From: Pelagomonas calceolata
Taxonomy: Eukaryota
Direction of reading: 5' to 3'
Assembly: GCA_918797485.1 (NCBI GenBank)
Contig: CAKKNE010000003.1
Location: 62,001 to 126,000 of the forward strand
Length of the DNA stretch: 64,000 nucleotides
In this document: one piece after another, positions 44,882-55,428 of the stretch
Layout of the letters: each line of letters begins with the position of its first letter
Numbering within the stretch: position 1 is the first letter of the stretch
The notes under the pieces: generated by a model
Database searches by the model: none
The model's input: only the letters and a program-made list of their open reading frames with translations
Told to the model about the DNA's origin: nothing
Program-made: the position numbers and the translations under genes

Positions 44882-45676
44882 ATGGCGCCAAGACGAGCGG
44901 TTGCACTGCTACTTAGCACAGCCTGTGCCAGCGCACTCGTGGCGCCGCAGCCGCGCGCGGGACGCAGCCCGGCGCCGCAGCCGAGAAGCCGAGTGGCGCC
45001 GCTGCAGTCCGAGCCCGGGCCGCAGCCGCCCGCGCCGGAGCCCGAGAAGCCGAGGCCCGAGCCGCGCCCGGTCATCATGCCGACGGTCACGGGCTCGAAC
45101 GGCGAGCAGATCGATGTCGTGTCTCGATTGCTCAAGGACCGCATTTTGCTCCTCGGCAGCGAGGTAAATGACGAAGTAGGCAACGTGCTCGTCGCGCAGA
45201 TGCTCTACCTCGCGAACGAGGACCCGGAGGCCGACATCACGCTGTACATCAACAGCCCCGGCGGCTCGGTATCCGCGGGCATGGCCATCTACGACACGAT
45301 GCAGTTCATCCCCTGCGACGTGAGCACGGTCTGCTTCGGCATGGGCGTCGATGGGCGCGTTCTTATTAGGCGCCGGCGCCAAAGGGAAGAGGAAATCCCT
45401 GCCGAACGCGCGCATCATGATCCACCAGCCGCTCGGCGGCGCGCAGGGCCAGGCCGCCGACATCGAGATCCAGGCGAAGGAGATCCTTTTCACCAAGGCC
45501 GTCATCAACACGTACATGGCCGAGTACACGGGCCAGCCCGCGGACAAGCTCGCCGAGGATACGGACCGCGACTGCGCATGATGCCCGGCGAGGCCAAGGA
45601 CTACGGCCTCATCGACGAGGTCATCAAGACGAAGACGAGCCACATCAACCTCGGGACGATGCCGTCGCTGGACTAG
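44882..45676 (+). CDS. clpP: ATP-dependent Clp protease proteolytic subunit, plastid-targeted (compensating frameshifts ~45345 and ~45575)
   Basis: [18 protein letters not shown], (S)[37 protein letters not shown]; bipartite presequence. Confidence 0.92.
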   Translation: MAPRRAVALLLSTACASALVAPQPRAGRSPAPQPRSRVAPLQSEPGPQPPAPEPEKPRPEPRPVIMPTVTGSNGEQIDVVSRLLKDRILLLGSEVNDEVGNVLVAQMLYLANEDPEADITLYINSPGGSVSAGMAIYDTMQFIPCDVSTVCFGMGVDGRVLIRRRRQREEEIPAERAHHDPPAARRRAGPGRRHRDPGEGDPFHQGRHQHVHGRVHGPARGQARRGYGPRLRMMPGEAKDYGLIDEVIKTKTSHINLGTMPSLD

Positions 45677-45751
45677 GAAGTGTAAGAGTTCAGTAGTATG
45701 GCGCTTAGTCGCCGTGGGGAGAGGGGGAACATGTAGGCAGGGCGGCTCTTC

Positions 45752-48700
45752 TTAGCGGCCGAGCGACTTGCGCTTCGGCGGCGACTTCTTGGGCGTCTTC
45801 TTCTTCTTCGGCGACGGCTCGGCGGGCTCCTCGTCGCTCTCGACGACGGGCGCGCTCGGGATCGGCGACAGCGGGTGCGGCTTGCGCTTGCGCGAATTCG
45901 AACCCGCCTGGTCGTCGTCCTTGAGCGACGACACGGCCGACAGGTCGTCGGGCACGTCGTCCTGCGAGCGACGTTGGAGAAGCGCGGCGCCGCCGTCGTC
46001 CGAGTCCTCGTCGCTCGCCTCGGCGATCTTCTCGAGCGGCTCGCTGAGGCTCGACGCCAGCGCCGAGCGGTAGCCCGAGCCGCGGCGCGCGGGCGGCGCG
46101 CGGCGGCGCGGCGGGCTCTTGGCCTTGGGCAGCTTGGGTGGTTCGGCGGGCGCGTCCCAGGGCTCCTCCTCCTCTGGAGCAGGCGGCGCCTTCTTCTTGG
46201 CCGGCGCGTGCGTGCCTAGCGCGCCCTCGAAGGCATCTAGTAAATCCCAGTTCTCATCGTCGTCGGCGTCGCGGCGGATCACTGAGGCCCGCGCGGCGCA
46301 TGCGTCCCGGACCGAAGCGACGAGCGCGCGGTCGACCTTGGAGTCCGCCTCGGCGTCCTTGCCGCGGCGCTTGGGCTGCGCGGCGTCGACGTAGGGCCGC
46401 AGCGCGCCGAGCAGAATTAAGGTAGAGGGCGCGTCGGCGAGCGCCGCGTCGACGCCGGCGTGCAGCAGCGCGTGCAGCGCGTCGGCGCGGTCGGCGCGCG
46501 TCGCCGCCGCCTTGACGAGGCTCTTCGCCAGGGCCTTCGCCGTCACCTGGTCCAGGGTCTCGGCCTCGAGCGCCTTGAGGTGGACGCGGGCGACGTCGTC
46601 GGGGCCCGTGCCGGCCAGCCGCGAAGAGAGAGAAGGGAGCAAGTCCGCGTCGTCCTTCGCGGCCCTTGCTACGACGGCGGCCCAGAGGTCCGTCCGCGCG
46701 GGCGTCTCGGGCGGCGCCGCGGCGGCCACGTGCGCGCACGGTTCTAGGGAGACGTCGCCCCGGCGGCAGGCGTCGGCGACCAACGAACACAACTGCGCGT
46801 CCGTCTCGACGGGCAGCGCCATAGATTCTAAGCCTTGGCGCTCCTTTAAACCAGGATGGGCCGCGGCCGCGAGCACCGCAACCACATCTAACGCGGCCCT
46901 CGTCACTTGCATCGTGTTCTCGTCGTCCTCCCTCAATTCGAGGTCGTGGAGGTCCCCTCCTTTCAACGCCAGCGTCGGCGCCTCGTAGCGGCACGCCAGC
47001 GCGCGCGCGGCGCCGTCCGCGCACGCAGTAATGACGGGGTCGAGCGGCTCCGCGTCGCCGGCGTCATCTATATTATCCAGGCACGCCTTGGCGCGCCACA
47101 ACACCAACGCCCCGAGCGCCTCGAGGCACGCCTTGGCATTGACGTCGCCGTCGTCGGCCAGCTGCGCCGCGCGCGCCGCCAGCGCTTCGGCCAATGCCGC
47201 GCCACCCGATAACGCGGCCGGGACGTCGACGGCCTGCGCCAGGGCTTGAATGCGCTTCACGGCCGCCATCAATGCCGCCTCGACGGCGTCGTTATCGCCG
47301 GCGGGCTCCTCGAGTAAGGGTTTGGCCGCCTCGCTAATACATTTCGAGACGGCCTTGGATAGCTTCTTGTCCGTCGAGTTGGCGGAGAAGGCCCGGATGG
47401 CCTTCGCCGCGGCATTCAGGGAAGCGTCGTCGGAGGTCGTGGCGACGCGATCTAAGAGAGCCTTGCAGGCCTTGACGTAGCGCGCGTCTTTCGTGGACGC
47501 TTGCGAGGCGCTCTCGCCGAGGGCACAGACCGTCTGGAGCAGGTCGTCGTCGCCGCCGTACTTCGTGAGCAAGGCCGGTAAAGCTTCTAGCAACGCGGGC
47601 GCCGCGCTTAGTGAATCTGTCTCCGCCGACCGGGCGCACAGTCGTAACAGCACGTCCACTAATCGCTGGTTCTCTTGCGACGCGGCGGCGTCGACGTCGT
47701 CGCGCTGCAACAAAGCGACCCAGGCGCGCCAGTCTCTCAGTAGAGATGCTCGTTCGGGCAGCGCGAGGAAGGCGTCGGCCGCCAGGCTTGTTAAGGTAGT
47801 GGGACCGTCATCACCCAGGACCGACGCCTCGACGAAGCGGCCCAGGTCTCTTAAAGATCTTTGAGCGTCGCCCTGCGACGTGTTGGCGTCGAACTCCTCG
47901 AGATCCAACGCAAAAGCGAGGGCGTCGCTCCTTATATCGGCTGAACAAGCCTGGTCCACGATCTTCGCGTGAGGCGTTGTCGGCGCAACGTCGGCCCTCG
48001 TCTTCACCCAATTCCAACTCATCCAATAACCCGCAGTCCTTCAGGGCCCGCAACGCCTGGATCGCCGCCGCCTGGCAGTCCGGGTCGACATCATGAGCCA
48101 TTTCACCTAATCGAGGCGCGAACCGTAAAGCAAAGTCCCGCAGCGTGTCCTTCTGGTCTCCCGCACACGCGAAGGCCGCGGCTAAGACACGAGCTCCAGA
48201 CGCTCGCACCGCAGCACCGTCCTGGAAGTCGAGGACCCAGGCCGCATACTTGAGGTACTTTGTGGCCGCGAACTTCGATGGTCTCGCTTGTACCCAGCCG
48301 ACCAGGCCCTTGACGACGGCCGCGCGCACCTCGGGCTTCGAGTCGCGATATCTTTTGGAGAAGACGCCCTCGAAGAGTTCGTCGAGGGCCTCGTCGCATT
48401 TCGTGCGCGCTTCTTCGAGGTCGTCGACGGTCTGCTGGCACGTCTCGGCCTTGGAGCCCTTCTTCGGCGTCTTGGAGGACCCGAGGGCGGCTCTCAGTTG
48501 TCTCTTGGCAATAACTAAACGGTCGTCGATCGACGTCGCGGCCTCGGCGAGCCGATCGCCGACCGCCATCGCGCCGGCGCCGCCGACGTGCCGCGCGTGC
48601 GCCACCGCCGAGCCGGAGAGGCGCCTGTGTGAGTCAGTGTCTCGCTCCACCTCACGCCATCGACGCGATCGGTCGGATCGAGGTCAAAGGACGCCGCGTT

Positions 48701-49352
48701 GCACGTGAGCACGTCGACGATCAAGGAAATGGCCGTCTCCTCGTAGGCGCCGCGGTCGCCGCGCGCCGACGCGTCCACGACCTCGGCCCAGGCCCCGCGG
48801 AAGCGCTCCTCGAACGCGTCTCCCCTCCCGGCCGTCGGGTGGAGCGGGTACGCGCGCGGCGTCGCCTTCGAGCCGAGCTGGTCGCCGAGTGATGTTAGTA
48901 ATTGCGTCCAGGCGGCGTCGTCGGCGTCCTCGTCTAGGGAATCGCCCACAATAGCCTTCGCGTCCACCGCACCGCAGCACTCGAAGGCGAAGCGCGTTAA
49001 TAGGGCGGCGCCCTTTTCTGGAGAGGTCGCGAACTCGACGGCCCAGGCCTCGGCGGCGCTTTGGGTTGTCACTTTTTCTACCTTGTTTGGCGGCCGACAC
49101 GGCCTTGAAGAGGGCCGTGGCCTGTTTGGGGGCCGCGTTCGTCCGCGGCTTGGCGACGGCGCCCGTCCGCGCTCTAGCCTTCTTCTGGGTCGGTTCGGCC
49201 ACGAAGGTCGCGGAGCGGTCGTCGTCCTGTTCCTCGTTCTCCTCGTCGTCGTCCTGCGTCTGGAGCTCGACGCCCTTCTTCCTCAGTTCTTCGGCCTGCT
49301 CGTCGTACAAGCTTCGTGGCTTGGCGCGCGCGCGGCTCGGGCGGGCGACCAT
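45752..49352 (-). CDS. SCC3: Cohesin subunit SA/STAG/SCC3; one intron, frameshifts
   Basis: LFEGVFSKRYRDSKPEVRA..LVGWV..P..F..KYLKYAAWVL.. and FALRFAPRLGEMAHDVD (STAG/SCD domain). Confidence 0.85.
48625..48704 (-). mobile_element. Introner-family intron (80 nt, GT-AG)
   Basis: Transcript carries CGCGTCGATGGCGTG and ends TGACTCACACAG; removal gives VDVLT-RLSGSAV. Confidence 0.75.
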
Positions 49353-49405
49353 CGTCTGCTTTTGAATTTGCGCTGCGCGCGGGCTAAGTTAGTGCTCGCT
49401 GCTGG

Positions 49406-49542
49406 CGCCTGGAGTGCGCGCGCGCTGTAGGCGTGCTCTTTTAGTGCTTGCTTTTTGAAATTGGGCGGTCTCGGTCCTGGCGCGCTCGGTAGCTTGCGCT
49501 TCTAGCGGACGCCTGGAGTGCGCGCGCGCTGTAGGCGTGCTC
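49406..49542 (+). repeat. Exact 33-bp direct repeat (49406-49438, 49510-49542) in a divergent promoter
   Basis: CGCCTGGAGTGCGCGCGCGCTGTAGGCGTGCTC twice. Confidence 0.9.
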
Positions 49543-49941
49543 CACTGGTTGGGTGTGGCGACGTCGCAGCTGCGCAGCACTTGTGGCCACTGTGCGTCTC
49601 GTTTTGGGCGTCCAATTGCGAGAGCTGCTTCGCGCCAAGAGAGCTAGCTAGCGTGTAGAGCTAGCGTGTCAAGCGGTAGAGCCGTTCCAGGGTACAGCAG
49701 CACGTGGAGCAGCCCTCGGGAAGAGTCTTAGCTCGCTGCCCGGCTTGGGCACAGACAGAGACATCGACGAGTGTGCGTCGATTGCGCTTTTACGCGTCTG
49801 CTCGCACAGATTGAATAGCGTATCAGCGCATCGCTCGTTGCATCGCGCTGCTGCACAAGTTTCTCGCCGCGCTGCGTGCGCACGCCACAGGGAATCACTG
49901 ACCAGCAACCAGACACTGCACACTGCAAAAGCACAGCAACC

Positions 49942-50418
49942 ATGTCCAACTTCGGCGGCAACGCCGGCCAGGACTGGGAGACCGTAAATGTGGGCCGCTC
50001 GACCAAGCCTTTCAAGAAGCCGACGCAGGGCGACAAGAAGCAGAGCCTGACCTCGGCGCAGCGGAGCGGCGCCGCCGTGTCCCAGGCGCGCCAGTTCGCC
50101 ACCGCGAATAAATCTGTGGGCGGCCACGGCCCGATGGGCACCTCGGCTGGCGCCGGCGCGCGCAAGCTCGCCGAGGAGACCGAAACGTTCAAGGTCCAGA
50201 AGACGGGCCTCGCCTTCGGCAAGGCGTTGATGCAAGCTAGAATGGCCAAGAAGCCACGTCCCAGAAGGACCTCGGCACGAAGATCAACGAAGCCCCAGGT
50301 CATCCAGCAGTACGAGCAGGGCAAGGCCGTGCCCAACCCTGCGATCATCTCGAAACTCGAGCGCGCGCTCGGCGCGAAGCTGCCGCGGCCGCCGAAGGTG
50401 AAGAAGGTGAAGGAGTGA
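49942..50418 (+). CDS. MBF1: Multiprotein bridging factor 1
   Basis: GQDWETV..ARKLAEETE..GKALMQAR..KPQVIQQYEQGKAVPNPAIISKLERALGAKL. Confidence 0.92.
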   Translation: MSNFGGNAGQDWETVNVGRSTKPFKKPTQGDKKQSLTSAQRSGAAVSQARQFATANKSVGGHGPMGTSAGAGARKLAEETETFKVQKTGLAFGKALMQARMAKKPRPRRTSARRSTKPQVIQQYEQGKAVPNPAIISKLERALGAKLPRPPKVKKVKE

Positions 50419-50489
50419 GCGACGCGCGTCTGTGTAACAACGTATCTTAAGAGTAGACCAAGTTCCTTACGCGGCCCGGGGATTCCTAG

Positions 50490-51515
50490 CTAGCCGAGGA
50501 GGACGGACCCGAAGCATGCCAGACTCCTGTGGTCGAGTGCATCGACGTCGGCGACGGCCTGGTAAGGAGACCACGAGCCGTCGTTGGCGCGCTCAAACGC
50601 CGCGCCGTCGTGGTAAAAGGCGACGATGCGGCCATTGTGGACGCAGGAGCAACGACGCCCGCCCGGCCTTGGCGGGCCTGGGATCTCGGTCCACGTATCG
50701 GAGTGAGGGTCATACCTCACCGAAAAGCTCCCGTCGACACAAAATAACTTCCCGTCAACAGCAAGCGCCGCAGCAAATTCTTCACCGTCCGGTTTCGACG
50801 CCCCCACTCGCCAGGTCCTAGTGGGGATGTCATAAATCTGCAAAATATTTGTCGAGGCCATCTCCGGGCCTGCCTCGTAGCCTCCTAGAACGAAGAGCTG
50901 GTCGCCGATGACGGCCGACACCGCGCACATACAGGCGTGTGGCATAGAAGGCAACGTCTCCCACAATCCCGTTACTTCGTTGAACGCGTGGAGAGAACTA
51001 AGATAGCCCCCGGTGTTGGCCACGTACCCGCCGGCGACGTAAAGCAGCCCGGAGCCGTGCCAAAGCATGCATTGCCCCTTTTGATTTTGCGGGAGCGTTG
51101 CGAACCGACTCCATCGGCATGTAGAGGCATCCATAACTAAGATTTCATTACCAGTTTTTACATTGGTGCAGAAAAATATCCGGGCGGCGCCGTCGGTCGT
51201 CGACTCAATTATAGACACTTTGTGTTCAAAAAAGGATTCCGCGAACCCCCTTTTTTGCGCCGCGTGGATCTCCAAACATCCGTCTATACTTTCGTCCTGG
51301 TTAATTCTAAAACGACCTGAGAGGAGGAGGACGGCGCGTTCCGCGAAGCCAAACTCCCGGCGTAAGCGGAGAAATCTCGGGCCACGTATGATCGCGCGAA
51401 AGGCGCCACAAGCAGCGGCCGCGGCGCCGTGGTCGTCGCGGGGAATACCCACGAGGACGCGCTGCAGGAGGTCATCTGGAAGGCCCAGTAGAGGCGAGCT
51501 ATTTGTGGTCGCCAT
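50490..51515 (-). CDS. F-box/kelch-repeat protein
   Basis: LLGLPDDLLQRVL F-box; LYVAGG..WETLPSM..LFVLGG..YD..W kelch repeats; lower GC than neighbours. Confidence 0.85.
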   Translation of the reverse strand: MATTNSSPLLGLPDDLLQRVLVGIPRDDHGAAAAACGAFRAIIRGPRFLRLRREFGFAERAVLLLSGRFRINQDESIDGCLEIHAAQKRGFAESFFEHKVSIIESTTDGAARIFFCTNVKTGNEILVMDASTCRWSRFATLPQNQKGQCMLWHGSGLLYVAGGYVANTGGYLSSLHAFNEVTGLWETLPSMPHACMCAVSAVIGDQLFVLGGYEAGPEMASTNILQIYDIPTRTWRVGASKPDGEEFAAALAVDGKLFCVDGSFSVRYDPHSDTWTEIPGPPRPGGRRCSCVHNGRIVAFYHDGAAFERANDGSWSPYQAVADVDALDHRSLACFGSVLLG

Positions 51516-51604
51516 GCTTTTGCAAGTACGCCAGGTTATAATTATGAGTCCCGCGTCGCCGGTCTACAAATTTTAGACCCGCGCGACAAAGTTAGGAATC
51601 GCGA

Positions 51605-51628
51605 GCTAGCGTCATGTAAGATACTAGG
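51605..51628 (+). promoter_or_regulatory. Intergenic CTAG-N14-CTAG element
   Basis: GCTAGCGTCATGTAAGATACTAGG between divergent genes. Confidence 0.7.
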
Positions 51629-51813
51629 GATGCCTAGCACGCGCGGCGGGGCTTTTTTGGAGGCTGCTGCAAGCTAAGGGCTCGTCCACGCACGGCCAGG
51701 AATCACTCTAGCTCTCGCGACAACGCCTGCGCGCCAACGCGCCCCACCGCTGTGCCGCTTGGCTAGTAGTCCATCCGACTCGCTGCGCCGCCGCGCCGCA
51801 GCGCTACCAAAAA

Positions 51814-52840
51814 ATGGCTAGCTACGCCGACCTCCACGCCGCCGTCCAGGCGGACCCGCGGAGCCTGCCCAAGATCGCGGCGCTCCTCAAACTGATCCGA
51901 CGCAGAAGCTGCGCCAGTCCCAGGTCGTCCGCGACGCACGGAAGACGGCGCTGCAGGACCCCGACGGGCGGCCCGTGTTCTAGGCGACGACGTCTGGGCC
52001 GTCTACGAGCAGACCTTGGTGGCGGCGTTGGACGTCGACGACGCCGCTGCGAGACGCCTGCCAGCGCTCTACTGAAGAGGTTTGGGCGCGAACCCGCCGT
52101 CCCAGCGACTAGAACGGCTGGAGGGCCTCGTGGCCGAGGCGGCGGGCGACTGGGAGGCAGCGCTCCAAAGGTACAAGGGCGTCCTCGCGCAGAACCCGCG
52201 AACTCGACGGCTCTGAAACGCGAGGTCTGCGTCGTCGAGGCCAAGGGCGCCGGGCGCGAGGCCGTCATCGCGGCACTCACGAAGCTGACGGCGACGTGCC
52301 AGAGCGACCGCGGCGCGTGGCAGGCCCTCGCCGAGGCCCACGCGGCGGCCTACCGCTTCTCGGACGCCATTTTCTGCTACGAAGAACTCACATTGTTCGA
52401 CCCGACGGCGCAGCACTACATGCGGAGATTGGGAGAGCTCTACTACTCGTGGGCTGCGTCGACGACGGCGAAGCGCGAGCCTCACGCCTACAGAAAAGCG
52501 CGTCTACTTCGCGAAGAGCTTGGAGCTGCTCGGCCCGAAGCACAACCCGCGGGCCGCGACGGGCCTGCTGCTGACGTGCTCCGCCATCAAGCTCGACGTC
52601 CGCGGGCGGAAATCGGACCCCGACGACGAGCTTAACGCGGCGCTGGGTTCGCTCGCGGCCTCGAAGCTCAAGGCCGCCTACGCGAACGTGGACCCGTTCC
52701 TGCGGGAGTGCAACGAAAAGTTGCTGGCCGCGCACGCGCCGCCGTACGCGCGCCTGTTGCCGAAGAAGAACGAGGAGACGGTTTCGGCGACGACGGTGGC
52801 CGTCGAGAAGCTGGTTGTCGACGATATTGCTCAGGAGTAG
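51814..52840 (+). CDS. EMC2: ER membrane protein complex subunit 2 (TPR); multiple frameshifts
   Basis: WAVYEQ (shifted frame), AWQALAEAH..AIFCYEELTL..P..RLGELYY. Confidence 0.8.
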
Positions 52841-52905
52841 TAAGTTATATACATAGTTGCTCATAGTATTATGCATGTGCGTGCGGCGATGGCGTTAGGT
52901 GAATC

Positions 52906-53120
52906 TTACGCACTGCTCGGCAGCGTCTCGTGGGCGCGGAGCACGGCTCGCGCGTTTCGCAGGCAAGTCCCAAGCCCTTCTGTGGTCGGGTGCGCGCCGC
53001 CCATCACGCGCCGCGCAATACGTTCAGTGTCCTCGAGCGTCGTTACGGCTTCGCGAATATCGTCGAGCGTGGCGTCGGGGTCTTCGTAGAGAGCCTCCGC
53101 GAAAAACCACCTATCGTGAG
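52906..53120 (-). pseudogene. C-terminal fragment of a pelagophyte-expanded TPR-like family
   Basis: AEALYEDPDATLDDIREAVTTLEDTERIARRVMGGAHPTT; no convincing upstream part; family assignment from memory. Confidence 0.55.
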
Positions 53121-53406
53121 GAGGTCGGCGTAGGTCGCGCGGCTGCTCGGCTGCGGGCGGCGGACTCGAGCTCGCCGTGTTTTCCAAGCCCCGGTACGAC
53201 GAATTTTATCTGGCCCGTCGCGTGACATCCAAACACAGCCTCGGCCTTTTTTTTAAAACTGGATCTCCTTAGCGCTCGTCTTGGCGCAAATATCTCTCGC
53301 CGCGCGCACTTGTGTGAGTCAGTGGGCGTGTTACGATTAACCCTCGACCACTGATTCGTATTGATGGGCGCCTGTGGACTCGTTTGATCCAGCAGTAAAT
53401 AAATGC

Positions 53407-53434
53407 GCTAGCGGCATGTAAGACACTAGGGAGC
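53407..53434 (+). promoter_or_regulatory. Intergenic CTAG-N14-CTAG element
   Basis: GCTAGCGGCATGTAAGACACTAGGGAGC, ~190 bp upstream of the NFS1 ATG. Confidence 0.75.
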
Positions 53435-53619
53435 CGAGAGCGCCGCATTGAGCTGGTCTAATTTGCGAGCAAGCATCGCGGCGGGAGCTCCGGCCACCCC
53501 TTAGAAATTCTCTTCTCGGTGCCCACACAAAGCTGCGAAGCTTGTGCGCGCTCAGATAGCTTAGCAGCCGACCTGCTCTCACAGAGCACCTGCTCGCTTC
53601 CCTCCGCCGCTAGACAACC

Positions 53620-54996
53620 ATGCGCGTCGCGTCCGCCGCCAAGACGCTCGCGCGCGCCGCCCGCACCGCGCCGAGAGCGCGCCCGCTCTCGGCTCTCGAG
53701 AAGGACACGGAAGCACCGCGCACGATGGAGCCGGGCTTTGGCATCGACGCCATGGCTAGAAACGGCGCGCCCGCGTATTTGGATGTGCAAGCGACGTCGC
53801 CCGTGGACCCGAGGGTCCTGGACGCGATGCTGCCCTACTTCCTGGGCAACTTCGGAAACGCGCATTCGAAAACGCACGCGTTCGGCTGGGAGTCGGAAAA
53901 GGCCGTCGAGAACGCGCGCGAGTCCCTCGCGAAACTGATCGGAGCCGATTCTAGGGAAGTCGTCTTCACGAGCGGCGCGACGGAGTCGAATAATATGAGT
54001 GTCAAGGGCATCGCGCGCTTCTACGGCGCGAAGAAGAAGCACATCGTCACCACCCAAACGGAGCACAAGTGCGTGCTGGATTCGTGTCGGGCGTTGGAGC
54101 GGGAGGGCTTCGAGGTCACTTATTTACCAGTAGAGCGCGCGACGGGCATGGTGAACCTCGACGAATTGAGAAGTGCGGTGCGCAAGGACGAGACGTGCCT
54201 CGTGAGCGTGATGGCCGTCAACAACGAGATCGGCACGCTGCAGCCTTTGAAGGAGATCGGCCAGATCGCGAAAGAGGCCAAGGCCTTCTTCCACACGGAC
54301 GCGGCGCAGATGGTCGGGAAGTTACCCTTCGACGTGAACGAGATCGGGTGTGATCTCGTGTCGATCTCGGGGCACAAGTTGTATGGGCCGAAGGGTATTG
54401 GAGCGTTGTACGTGCGGCGAAGGCCTCGCGTGCGATTGGAGCCCGTTCTGTCGGGCGGCGGCCAGGAGCGCGGGTTTAGATCCGGCACATTACCGACGGC
54501 TTTATGCGTCGGTCTGGGCGCCGCGGCGGACGTCGCTTTAAAAGAGCTGCCGAACGACATGGCCCACGTCGAACGATTGTCGGAAAGACTCATGGCTGGG
54601 ATCAGGGAGCACGTGCCCGAAGTTGTATTAAATGGCCACGCGACGCAGCGCCACGCGGGCAACGTCAATTTATCATTTGCGTATGTGGAAGGTGAATCGT
54701 TACTGATGTCGCTCAAGAACATTGCGGTAAGCTCGGGGTCCGCGTGCACGTCGGCCTCTTTAGAACCGTCCTACGTGCTCCGGGCCATCGGCGTGTCCGA
54801 GGACCTGGCCCACACGTCGCTGCGCTTCGGGTTGGGGCGGTTCACGACGGAAGCCGAGGTCGACTTCGCGATTGATCTACTACGGGTCCACGTCGCGCGG
54901 CTGCGGGAGATGTCGCCGCTCTGGGAGCTCGTCCAGGAGGGCGTGGATCTGTCGACGATCAACTGGACGCAGGACGCGGCGCACCACCACCACTAG
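53620..54996 (+). CDS. NFS1: Mitochondrial cysteine desulfurase
   Basis: [51 protein letters not shown]; Arg/Ala-rich presequence. Confidence 0.97.
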   Translation: MRVASAAKTLARAARTAPRARPLSALEKDTEAPRTMEPGFGIDAMARNGAPAYLDVQATSPVDPRVLDAMLPYFLGNFGNAHSKTHAFGWESEKAVENARESLAKLIGADSREVVFTSGATESNNMSVKGIARFYGAKKKHIVTTQTEHKCVLDSCRALEREGFEVTYLPVERATGMVNLDELRSAVRKDETCLVSVMAVNNEIGTLQPLKEIGQIAKEAKAFFHTDAAQMVGKLPFDVNEIGCDLVSISGHKLYGPKGIGALYVRRRPRVRLEPVLSGGGQERGFRSGTLPTALCVGLGAAADVALKELPNDMAHVERLSERLMAGIREHVPEVVLNGHATQRHAGNVNLSFAYVEGESLLMSLKNIAVSSGSACTSASLEPSYVLRAIGVSEDLAHTSLRFGLGRFTTEAEVDFAIDLLRVHVARLREMSPLWELVQEGVDLSTINWTQDAAHHHH

Positions 54997-55228
54997 TAGA
55001 CCGGTGCTCCTAACCTTTGCTGCTTGTAGTCTTCCTTCTCTTCTTGCTTCGCGCTGAAGGCGTGCTGGTGTCGTACTGGTGTCGGTAATCCCTGCCCGGC
55101 GTCGGGCCGCCGCGCGTCGCTTAGAAATGGGAACCTAGAGGTAGCTAATCGGTTGTTCATTGCAAAGGAATGTTATGGCCACGTAAATATGCGTGCGACG
55201 ACGGATGTGGAGGCCAGCAGAGGCTTCT

Positions 55229-55251
55229 GCTAGTGATACATGCCCGCTAGA
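55229..55251 (-). promoter_or_regulatory. Intergenic CTAG element (variant)
   Basis: + strand GCTAGTGATACATGCCCGCTAGA, ~180 bp upstream of ATG 55429. Confidence 0.55.
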
Positions 55252-55428
55252 AACACGCATGCCAAGCTTTGCACGACTGTCACGTTGCCCACGCTAATTC
55301 TTACAGTGCAAGAATTGGTGCAAGGCAGTCCCTGCAAGGGAACAACCAGTTGCGCAGCGCGCGCAATCACTACGCATCCGTGCGAAGAGAAAATAGCCCT
55401 GACAACACAAGCTCTCCAAGAGGCGACG

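Noticed and set aside
45345..45356. GCGTCGATGG in clpP as an introner remnant
   Set aside because: Simply encodes the conserved (A)SMG catalytic motif; no intron boundaries
53310..53325. TGTGTGAGTCAGTG resembling the intron end at 48625
   Set aside because: Isolated short match with no core motif or partner TIR
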